Below the pieces are notes generated by a model. That model was not told where the DNA came from, did not search any database, and was given only the letters and a program-made list of their open reading frames with translations. Below, piece after piece: positions 1 through 6,923 of a stretch of 7,437 nt of DNA. Position numbers and translations under genes: made by a program. Origin of the DNA: a virus (Duplodnaviria; Heunggongvirae; Uroviricota; Caudoviricetes); the IMG/VR virus record IMGVR_UViG_2585428013_000002; one strand, given 5' to 3'. Position 1 is the first letter of the stretch. Each line of letters opens with the position of its first letter.

Positions 1-321
1 TACAGTGGCACGGTGGTTAACCGTCCGACGTTTTTTGCTTTTGCAAAAGGCGCGGGTGTGATGGGGGAAGCTGGACCTGAAGCCATTCTGCCACTGCGTC
101 GTGGTGCTGACGGTAAGCTGGGGGTTGTGGCGGACATTGGTGGTTCAGGTATGGCGATGTTTGCCCCGCAGTACAACATCGAGATCAATAACGATGGCAC
201 GAACGGGCAGATAGGTCCGGCTGCCCTGAAGGTGGTTTATGACCTTGGGAAAAAAGCGGCAGCGGACTTTATGCAACAGCAGGCCCGTGATGGTGGTCGG
301 TTAAGTGGAGCATATCGGTAA
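1..321 (+). CDS. H: Tail tape measure protein, C-terminal end (5'-partial; reading frame 1 is open from the window edge to TAA at 319-321)
   Basis: Frame-1 ORF open from base 1; lies immediately upstream of M-L-K-I-J in the lambda order; stop overlaps the M start (TAATG). Identity inferred from synteny, not from a search. Confidence 0.75.
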   Translation, partial: YSGTVVNRPTFFAFAKGAGVMGEAGPEAILPLRRGADGKLGVVADIGGSGMAMFAPQYNIEINNDGTNGQIGPAALKVVYDLGKKAAADFMQQQARDGGRLSGAYR

Positions 322-650
322 TGGAGACGTTTCACTGGAAAGTGCGCCCGGATATGAATGTGGTATCAGAGCCGAAAGTGGTGACAGTGAAGCTGGGCGA
401 TGGTTATGAACAGCGTCGTGCGGCGGGACTGAATAACCAGTTGTCGACTTACAGCGTGACGATACGTGTTCGTAAATGTGAACACCCATCTTTAAAAGCC
501 TTTCTGGAACGGCACGGTGGCGTCCGCGCATTTCAGTGGACGCCACCTTATGACTGGAAGCCGATCAGGGTGGTTTGTCGTAAATGGTCGGCAAGCGTGG
601 GGGCGTTGTGGGTAACCATAACGGCAGATTTTGAACAGGTCGTGGCATAG
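321..650 (+). CDS. M: Tail tip assembly protein M (minor tail protein), 109 aa
   Basis: 109-aa ORF, same length as lambda gpM; sequence METFHWKVRPDMN... matches my recollection of lambda M; ATG overlaps the H stop by 1 nt; position between H and L. Confidence 0.9.
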   Translation: METFHWKVRPDMNVVSEPKVVTVKLGDGYEQRRAAGLNNQLSTYSVTIRVRKCEHPSLKAFLERHGGVRAFQWTPPYDWKPIRVVCRKWSASVGALWVTITADFEQVVA

Positions 651-659
651 GAGGCTCTG

Positions 660-1358
660 ATGCAGGATATTCCACAGGAAACACATCATGAGACGACACG
701 CCTCACTCAGTCAGCCCAGGTGGTGCTCTGGGAAATCGATCTGACAGAGGTCGGTGGAGAACGTTATTTTTTCTGTAATGAGCAGAACGAAAAAGGTGAG
801 CCGGTCACCTGGCAGGGGCGACAGTATCAGGCATACCCCATTCAGGGGACGGGATTTGAACTGAACGGCAAGGGCAGTGCTGCCCGTCCGACACTGACGG
901 TTTCTAACCTGCACGGAATGGTCACCGGGATGGCGGAAGACCTGCAGAGTCTGGTCGGAGGAACGGTGGTCAGGCGTAAGGTTTACGCCCGTTTTCTGGA
1001 TGCGGTGAACTTCGTCAACGGAAACAGCGACGCCGATCCGGAGCAGGAGGTGATCAGCCGCTGGCGCATCGAGCAGTGCAGCGAACTGAGCGCGGTCAGT
1101 GCCTCCTTTGTACTGTCCACACCGACGGAAACGGACGGTGCTGTTTTTCCGGGGCGCATCATGCTGGCCAACACCTGCACCTGGACCTATCGCGGCGATG
1201 AGTGCGGTTATCACGGTCCGGCTGTCGCGGATGAATATGACCAGCCGACGTCCGATATCACGAAGGATAAATGCAGCAAATGCCTGAGTGGCTGTAAGTT
1301 TCGCAATAACGTCGGCAACTTTGGCGGCTTCCTTTCCATTAACAAACTTTCGCAGTAA
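660..1358 (+). CDS. L: Tail tip protein L (minor tail protein), 232 aa, with C-terminal cysteine cluster
   Basis: 232 aa, same as lambda gpL; AGGAGG Shine-Dalgarno at 651-656 about 4 nt before the ATG; four C-terminal cysteines (DEC...KCSKCLSGC) as in the gpL family; synteny. Confidence 0.92.
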   Translation: MQDIPQETHHETTRLTQSAQVVLWEIDLTEVGGERYFFCNEQNEKGEPVTWQGRQYQAYPIQGTGFELNGKGSAARPTLTVSNLHGMVTGMAEDLQSLVGGTVVRRKVYARFLDAVNFVNGNSDADPEQEVISRWRIEQCSELSAVSASFVLSTPTETDGAVFPGRIMLANTCTWTYRGDECGYHGPAVADEYDQPTSDITKDKCSKCLSGCKFRNNVGNFGGFLSINKLSQ

Positions 1359-1363
1359 ATCCC

Positions 1364-2107
1364 ATGACACAGACAGAATCAGCGATTCTGGCGCACGCCC
1401 GGCGATGTGCGCCAGCGGAGTCGTGCGGCTTCGTGGTGAGAACGCCGGAAGGGGAAAGATATTTTCCCTGCGTGAATATCTCCGGTGAGCCGGAGGAGTA
1501 TTTCCGGATGTCGCCGGAGGACTGGCTGCGGGCAGAGACGCAGGGTGAGATTGTGGCGCTGGTCCACAGCCACCCCGGTGGTCTGCCCTGGCTGAGTGAG
1601 GCCGACCGGCGGCTGCAGGTGCAGAGTGATTTGCCGTGGTGGCTGGTCTGCCGGGGTGAGATTCATAAATTCCGCTGTGTGCCGCATCTTACCGGGCGGC
1701 GCTTTGAGCACGGGGTGACGGACTGTTACACGCTGTTCCGGGATGCTTACCATCTGGCGGGGATTGAGATGCCGGATTTTCATCGCGAGGATGACTGGTG
1801 GCGTCACGGTCAGAATCTCTATCTGGATAATCTGGAGGCCACAGGGCTGTATCAGGTGCCGTTGTCAGCGGCGCAGCCGGGCGATGTGCTGCTGTGCTGT
1901 TTTGGTTCATCGGTGCCGAATCATGCCGCCATTTACTGCGGCGACGGCGAGCTGCTGCACCATATTCCTGAACAACTGAGCAAACGAGAGAGGTATACCG
2001 ACAAATGGCAGCGACGCACACACTCCCTCTGGCGTCACCGGGCATGGCACGCATCTGCCTTTACGGGGATTTACAACGATTTGGCCGCCGCATCGACCTT
2101 CGTGTGA
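1364..2107 (+). CDS. K: Tail tip assembly protein K: N-terminal JAB/MPN (JAMM) metallopeptidase-like domain + C-terminal NlpC/P60 cysteine peptidase-like domain (247 aa as called; alternative start at 1509 gives 199 aa)
   Basis: JAMM motif HSHPGGLPWLSEAD (H-x-H-x7-S-x2-D) at 1565-1606; NlpC/P60-like Cys (GVTDCYTLF) and downstream His residues (NHAAIY...LLHH); 3' end overlaps I by 103 nt as in lambda. The start is uncertain: 1364 has no obvious SD, 1509 has GGAGG about 13 nt upstream. Confidence 0.88.
   Translation: MTQTESAILAHARRCAPAESCGFVVRTPEGERYFPCVNISGEPEEYFRMSPEDWLRAETQGEIVALVHSHPGGLPWLSEADRRLQVQSDLPWWLVCRGEIHKFRCVPHLTGRRFEHGVTDCYTLFRDAYHLAGIEMPDFHREDDWWRHGQNLYLDNLEATGLYQVPLSAAQPGDVLLCCFGSSVPNHAAIYCGDGELLHHIPEQLSKRERYTDKWQRRTHSLWRHRAWHASAFTGIYNDLAAASTFV
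1565..1606 (+). other. JAMM/MPN+ zinc-binding motif (HxHx7Sx2D) inside K
   Basis: Codons cac-agc-cac ... agt-gag-gcc-gac read directly in the K frame. Confidence 0.8.
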
Positions 2108-2652
2108 AAACGGGGGCCGAAGCCATCCGGGCGCTGGCCACACAGCTCCCGGCGTTTCGCCAGAAACTGAATGACGGCTGGTATCAGGTGCGCATTGCCG
2201 GGCGTGATGCAGGCGAAAATGAATTATCTGCCCGTCTTAATGAGCCGCTGGCAAATGGTGCCGTGATCCACATCGTGCCGCGTCTGGCGGGAGCTAAAAG
2301 TGGCGGTGTGTTTCAGGTGGTGCTGGGGGCGGCGCTGATTGCGGTGGCATGGTGGAACCCTGTGGGCTGGCTGGGTGCTGCGGCTGTATCGGGCATGTAT
2401 GCGGCAGGGGCCAGTATGATCCTGGGCGGAGTGGCCCAGATGCTGGCACCGAAAGCCAGGACGCCCACGGCAGCCAGTACAGATAACGGCAAACAGAACA
2501 CCTATTTCTCCTCACTGGATAACATGGTTGCCCAGGGCAATGTTCTGCCCGTTCTGTACGGTGAAATGCGCGTGGGGTCACGCGTGGTTTCTCAGGAGAT
2601 CAGCACGGCAGACGAAGGGGACGGTGGTCAGGTTGTGGTGATTGGTCGCTGA
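2005..2652 (+). CDS. I: Tail tip assembly protein I: N-terminal ubiquitin-like (beta-grasp) domain ending in Gly-Gly, then a hydrophobic Gly/Ala-rich segment and a conserved C-terminal region; 215 aa
   Basis: Sequence MAATHTLPLASPGMARICLYGDLQRFGRRIDL... and C-terminus ...EGDGGQVVVIGR match my recollection of lambda gpI; starts inside the 3' end of K in another frame; GAGAGAGG upstream of the ATG; Gly-Gly at codons 100-101 (2302-2307). Confidence 0.9.
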   Translation: MAATHTLPLASPGMARICLYGDLQRFGRRIDLRVKTGAEAIRALATQLPAFRQKLNDGWYQVRIAGRDAGENELSARLNEPLANGAVIHIVPRLAGAKSGGVFQVVLGAALIAVAWWNPVGWLGAAAVSGMYAAGASMILGGVAQMLAPKARTPTAASTDNGKQNTYFSSLDNMVAQGNVLPVLYGEMRVGSRVVSQEISTADEGDGGQVVVIGR

Positions 2653-2670
2653 TGCAAAATGTTTTATGTG

Positions 2671-2698
2671 AAACCGCCTGCGGGCGGTTTTGTCGTTT
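2671..2698 (+). terminator. GC-rich hairpin in the I-J intergenic gap (8-bp stem aaaccgcc/ggcggttt, loop tgcg) followed by an interrupted T-tract; possible weak terminator/attenuator or RNA-stability element
   Basis: Perfect inverted repeat 2671-2678 / 2683-2690 read from the sequence; downstream ttttgtcgttt is not a clean U-run. Confidence 0.45.
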
Positions 2699-2712
2699 AT
2701 GGAGCGTGAGGA

Positions 2713-5700
2713 ATGGGTAAAGGCAGCAGTAAGGGGCATACCCCGCGCGAAGCGAAGGACAACCTGAAGTCCACGCAGTTGCTGAGTGTGATCGATGCCA
2801 TCAGCGAAGGGCCGGTTGAAGGTCCGGTGGATGGATTAAAAAGCGTGCTGCTGAACAGTACGCCGGTGCTGGACACTGAGGGGAATACCAACATATCCGG
2901 TGTCACGGTGGTGTTCCGGGCAGGTGAGCAGGAGCAGACTCCGCCGGAGGGGTTTGAATCCTCCGGTTCCGAGACGGTGCTCGGTACAGAAGTGAAATAT
3001 GACACGCCGATCACCCGGACCATCACGTCGGCAAACATCGACCGTCTGCGCTTTACCTTCGGTGTGCAGGCACTGGTGGAAACCACCTCAAAGGGGGACA
3101 GGAATCCGTCGGAAGTCCGCCTGCTGGTTCAGATACAGCGTAACGGTGGCTGGGTGACGGAAAAAGACATCACCATTAAGGGCAAAACCACCTCGCAGTA
3201 TCTGGCATCGGTGGTGGTGGGTAACCTGCCGCCGCGCCCGTTCAATATCCGGATGCGCAGGATGACGCCGGACAGCACCACAGACCAGCTGCAGAACAAA
3301 ACGCTCTGGTCGTCATACACCGAAATCATCGATGTGAAACAGTGCTACCCGAACACGGCACTGGTCGGCGTACAGGTGGACTCGGAGCAGTTCGGCAGCC
3401 AGCAGGTGAGCCGTAATTATCATCTGCGCGGGCGCATTCTGCAGGTGCCGTCGAACTATAACCCGCAGACGCGGCAATACAGCGGTATCTGGGACGGAAC
3501 GTTTAAGCCAGCATACAGCAACAACATGGCCTGGTGTCTGTGGGATATGCTGACCCATCCGCGCTACGGCATGGGGAAACGTCTTGGTGCGGCGGATGTG
3601 GACAAATGGGCGCTGTATGTCATCGGCCAGAATTGCGACCAGTCGGTGCCGGACGGCTTTGGCGGCACGGAGCCGCGCATCACCTGTAATGCGTACCTGA
3701 CCACACAGCGCAAGGCGTGGGATGTGCTCAGTGATTTCTGCTCGGCGATGCGCTGTATGCCGGTATGGAACGGGCAGACGCTGACGTTCGTGCAGGACCG
3801 ACCATCGGATAAGGTGTGGACCTATAACCGCAGTAATGTGGTGATGCCGGATGATGGCGCGCCGTTCCGCTACAGCTTCAGCGCCCTGAAAGACCGCCAT
3901 AATGCCGTTGAGGTGAACTGGACTGACCCGAACAACGGCTGGGAAACGGCAACAGAGCTTGTGGAGGACACGCAGGCCATTGCCCGTTACGGTCGTAACG
4001 TCACGAAGATGGATGCCTTTGGCTGTACCAGCCGGGGGCAGGCACACCGCGCCGGGCTGTGGCTGATTAAAACGGAGCTGCTGGAAACGCAGACCGTGGA
4101 TTTCAGCGTGGGCGCCGAAGGGCTTCGCCATGTACCGGGCGATGTCATTGAAATCTGCGATGATGACTATGCGGGTATCAGCACCGGCGGGCGCGTGCTG
4201 GCGGTGAACAGCCAGACCCGGACGCTGACGCTCGACCGTGAAATCACGCTGCCATCCTCCGGCACCACGCTGATAAGCCTGGTTGACGGGAGTGGCAATC
4301 CGGTCAGCGTGGAGGTTCAGTCCGTCACCGACGGCGTGAAGGTGAAAGTGAGCCGTGTTCCTGACGGCGTTGCTGAATACAGCGTATGGGGGCTGAAGCT
4401 GCCGACGCTGCGCCAGCGCCTGTTCCGCTGCGTGAGTATCCGTGAGAACGACGACGGCACGTATGCCATCACCGCCGTGCAGCATGTACCGGAGAAAGAG
4501 GCCATCGTGGATAACGGGGCGCACTTTGACGGCGACCAGAGCGGCACGGTGAATGGTGTCACGCCGCCAGCAGTGCAGCACCTGACCGCCGAAGTCACCG
4601 CAGACAGCGGGGAATATCAGGTGCTGGCGCGCTGGGACACACCGAAGGTGGTGAAGGGCGTGAGCTTCCTGCTTCGCCTGACCGTGACAGCGGATGACGG
4701 CAGTGAGCGGCTGGTCAGCACAGCCCGGACGACGGAAACCACATACCGCTTCACACAACTGGCGCTGGGGAACTACAGGCTGACAGTCCGGGCAGTAAAT
4801 GCGTGGGGACAGCAGGGCGATCCGGCATCGGTATCGTTCCGGATTGCCGCACCGGCAGCGCCGTCGCGGATTGAGCTGACGCCGGGCTATTTTCAGATAA
4901 CCGCCACGCCGCATCTTGCGGTTTATGATCCGACGGTACAGTTTGAGTTCTGGTTCTCGGAAAAGCGGATTGCGGATATCAGGCAGGTTGAAACCACAGC
5001 ACGCTATCTTGGCACGGCGCTGTACTGGATAGCCGCCAGTATCAATATCAAACCGGGCCATGATTATTATTTTTACGTTCGCAGTGTGAACACCGTTGGC
5101 AAATCGGCATTCGTGGAGGCTGTCGGTCAGCCGAGTGATGACGCATCCGGCTATCTGGATTTTTTCAAAGGAGAGATAGGGAAAACACACCTGGCTCAGG
5201 AGTTGTGGACGCAGATTGATAACGGTCAGCTTGCGCCTGACCTGGCTGAAATCAGGACATCCATTACGGGTGTCAGCAATGAAATCACGCAGACCGTCAA
5301 TAAGAAACTGGAAGACCAGAGTGCAGCGATCCAGCAGATACAGAAGGTTCAGGTTGATACAAATAATAACCTGAACAGCATGTGGGCTGTGAAGCTGCAG
5401 CAGATGCAGGACGGGCGCCTTTATATCGCGGGTATTGGTGCCGGTATTGAGAACACCCCTGACGGCATGCAGAGTCAGGTGCTGCTGGCGGCGGACAGGA
5501 TTGCGATGGTTAATCCTGCGAATGGCAACACAAAGCCGATGTTTGTTGGTCAGGGCGATCAGATATTCATGAACGAAGTGTTCCTGAAATATCTGACGGC
5601 TCCCACCATTACCAGCGGCGGTAATCCTCCGGCATTTTCCCTGACACCGGACGGGCGGCTGACGGCGAAAAATGCCGATATCAGCGGTAACGTGAATGCG

Positions 5701-6192
5701 AACTCCGGGACGCTCAACAACGTCACGATTAACGAGAACTGCCGGGTTCTGGGAAAACTGTCCGCGAACCAGATTGAAGGCGATCTCGTTAAAACAGTGG
5801 GCAAAGCTTTCCCCCGGGACTCCCGTGCACCGGAACGGTGGCCATCAGGGACCATTACCGTCAGGATTTATGACGATCAGCCGTTTGACCGGCAGATTGT
5901 TATTCCGGCGGTGGCATTCAGCGGCGCTAAACATGAGAGAGAGCATACTGATATTTACTCCTCATGCCGTCTGATAGTGCGGAAAAACGGTGCTGAAATT
6001 TATAACCGTACCGCGCTGGATAATACGCTGATTTACAGTGGCGTTATTGATATGCCTGCCGGTCACGGTCACATGACGCTGGAGTTTTCGGTGTCAGCAT
6101 GGCTGGTAAATGACTGGTATCCCACAGCAAGTATCAGCGATTTGCTGGTTGTGGTGATGAAGAAAGCCACCGCAGGCATCAGTATCAGCTGA
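2713..6192 (+). CDS. J: Tip attachment protein J / central tail fibre (host-specificity protein), 1159 aa
   Basis: 1159-aa ORF (lambda J is 1132 aa); N-terminus [34 protein letters not shown]... matches my recollection of lambda J; GGAG SD before the ATG; internal fibronectin-III-like repeats; position after I and before lom. Confidence 0.95.
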   Translation: MGKGSSKGHTPREAKDNLKSTQLLSVIDAISEGPVEGPVDGLKSVLLNSTPVLDTEGNTNISGVTVVFRAGEQEQTPPEGFESSGSETVLGTEVKYDTPITRTITSANIDRLRFTFGVQALVETTSKGDRNPSEVRLLVQIQRNGGWVTEKDITIKGKTTSQYLASVVVGNLPPRPFNIRMRRMTPDSTTDQLQNKTLWSSYTEIIDVKQCYPNTALVGVQVDSEQFGSQQVSRNYHLRGRILQVPSNYNPQTRQYSGIWDGTFKPAYSNNMAWCLWDMLTHPRYGMGKRLGAADVDKWALYVIGQNCDQSVPDGFGGTEPRITCNAYLTTQRKAWDVLSDFCSAMRCMPVWNGQTLTFVQDRPSDKVWTYNRSNVVMPDDGAPFRYSFSALKDRHNAVEVNWTDPNNGWETATELVEDTQAIARYGRNVTKMDAFGCTSRGQAHRAGLWLIKTELLETQTVDFSVGAEGLRHVPGDVIEICDDDYAGISTGGRVLAVNSQTRTLTLDREITLPSSGTTLISLVDGSGNPVSVEVQSVTDGVKVKVSRVPDGVAEYSVWGLKLPTLRQRLFRCVSIRENDDGTYAITAVQHVPEKEAIVDNGAHFDGDQSGTVNGVTPPAVQHLTAEVTADSGEYQVLARWDTPKVVKGVSFLLRLTVTADDGSERLVSTARTTETTYRFTQLALGNYRLTVRAVNAWGQQGDPASVSFRIAAPAAPSRIELTPGYFQITATPHLAVYDPTVQFEFWFSEKRIADIRQVETTARYLGTALYWIAASINIKPGHDYYFYVRSVNTVGKSAFVEAVGQPSDDASGYLDFFKGEIGKTHLAQELWTQIDNGQLAPDLAEIRTSITGVSNEITQTVNKKLEDQSAAIQQIQKVQVDTNNNLNSMWAVKLQQMQDGRLYIAGIGAGIENTPDGMQSQVLLAADRIAMVNPANGNTKPMFVGQGDQIFMNEVFLKYLTAPTITSGGNPPAFSLTPDGRLTAKNADISGNVNANSGTLNNVTINENCRVLGKLSANQIEGDLVKTVGKAFPRDSRAPERWPSGTITVRIYDDQPFDRQIVIPAVAFSGAKHEREHTDIYSSCRLIVRKNGAEIYNRTALDNTLIYSGVIDMPAGHGHMTLEFSVSAWLVNDWYPTASISDLLVVVMKKATAGISIS

Positions 6193-6211
6193 ATTTTATA
6201 ACCCCAATACG

Positions 6212-6235
6212 GGCGTCAGAAATGACGCCTTTTTT
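6212..6235 (+). terminator. Rho-independent terminator after J (7-bp stem ggcgtca/tgacgcc, GAAA loop, T6 run)
   Basis: Inverted repeat 6212-6218 / 6223-6229 with tetraloop gaaa, followed by tttttt at 6230-6235; begins 20 nt after the J stop. Confidence 0.75.
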
Positions 6236-6259
6236 ATTGCAGAAAAGCGAGAGGTAATT

Positions 6260-6859
6260 ATGCGTAAATTATGTGCTGTTATTCTGTCCGCAGTAGTCTG
6301 GCTGGTTGCCGCTGGTACGCCAGCAAGCGCAGCAGAGCATCAGTCCACACTAAGCGCCGGGTATCTTCAGACCCATACTGATATGCCAGGCAGCGATGAT
6401 CTGAACGGGATTAACGTGAAATACCGTTATGAGTTTACGGACACGCTGGGGCTGGTGACGTCATTCAGTTATGCCAATGCCAAAGATGAGCAAAAAACGC
6501 ATTACAGCGATACCCGCTGGCATGAAGATTCCGTGCGTAACCGCTGGTTCAGCGTGATGGCGGGGCCGTCTGTGCGCGTGAATGAATGGTTCAGCGCGTA
6601 TGCGATGGCGGGTATGGCTTACAGCCGTGTGTCGACCTTCTCCGGGGATTATCTCCGCGTAACTGACAACAAGGGGAAAACGCACGATGTGCTGACCGGA
6701 AGTGATGACGGTCGCCACAGCAACACGTCTCTGGCGTGGGGGGCTGGCGTGCAGTTTAACCCGACCGAATCCGTGGCCATTGACCTTGCTTATGAAGGTT
6801 CCGGCAGTGGTGACTGGCGCACTGACGGTTTCATCGTGGGTGTCGGTTATAAATTCTGA
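6260..6859 (+). CDS. lom: Lom outer membrane protein (Ail/Lom/PagC/Rck/OmpX family 8-stranded beta-barrel), 199 aa with N-terminal signal peptide
   Basis: Signal-peptide-like N-terminus MRKLCAVILSAVVWLVAAGTPASA/AEH; alternating beta-strand pattern; C-terminal ...GVGYKF with terminal Phe typical of OMP beta-barrels; matches my recollection of lambda Lom; GAGAGG SD about 6 nt before the ATG; located between J and stf as in lambda. Confidence 0.93.
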   Translation: MRKLCAVILSAVVWLVAAGTPASAAEHQSTLSAGYLQTHTDMPGSDDLNGINVKYRYEFTDTLGLVTSFSYANAKDEQKTHYSDTRWHEDSVRNRWFSVMAGPSVRVNEWFSAYAMAGMAYSRVSTFSGDYLRVTDNKGKTHDVLTGSDDGRHSNTSLAWGAGVQFNPTESVAIDLAYEGSGSGDWRTDGFIVGVGYKF

Positions 6860-6885
6860 TTAGCCAGGTAACACAGTGTTATGAC

Positions 6886-6912
6886 AGCCCGCCGGTTCAG
6901 GCGGGCTTTTTT
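6886..6912 (+). terminator. Rho-independent terminator after lom (8-bp stem agcccgcc/ggcgggct, 6-nt loop, T6 run)
   Basis: Inverted repeat 6886-6893 / 6900-6907, then tttttt at 6907-6912, 27 nt after the lom stop. Confidence 0.8.
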
Positions 6913-6923
6913 GTGGAGTGGAT

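Noticed and set aside
711-1370. 219-aa minus-strand ORF antisense to L
   Set aside because: Completely overlaps the well-supported L gene; no recognisable motifs; stop-codon-poor antisense frame of a GC-rich gene.
1099-1979. Short plus-strand alternative-frame ORFs (62, 66 and 78 aa) inside L and K
   Set aside because: Out-of-frame with L and K, no ribosome-binding sites, Arg/Cys-rich composition; no sign of programmed frameshifting.
1379-2143. Minus-strand ORFs (142, 121 and 78 aa) antisense to K and I
   Set aside because: Overlap the conserved K and I coding sequences; Pro/Arg-rich low-complexity translations; no SD or start context.
2294-3086. Minus-strand ORFs (95, 62 and 129 aa) antisense to I and the J 5' end
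   Set aside because: Same reasoning: embedded in strongly supported genes, with Pro/Ser-rich compositions typical of spurious frames.
3313-5190. 625-aa ORF on the minus strand, antisense to J
   Set aside because: It lies entirely inside the strongly supported J gene. Its translation is Arg/Cys/His-rich and low-complexity (e.g. [15 protein letters not shown]), as expected for the reverse complement of GC-rich coding DNA. No start context or recognisable domain. Long antisense ORFs are a common artefact in high-GC genes.
5559-5974. ORFs of 98 aa (minus) and 92 aa (plus, alternative frame) inside the J 3' region
   Set aside because: Embedded in J without start signals; considered as possible nested genes in the AT-richer part of J but there is no supporting feature.
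6193-6259. Possible independent sigma70 promoter for lom in the J-lom gap
   Set aside because: Only a weak -10-like hexamer (tataac, 6197-6202) with no properly spaced -35, and it lies upstream of the terminator hairpin. Not enough to call a promoter from sequence alone, so it is left as an open question under the lom finding.
6461-6718. 85-aa minus-strand ORF antisense to lom
   Set aside because: Inside lom; no start context; likely spurious.
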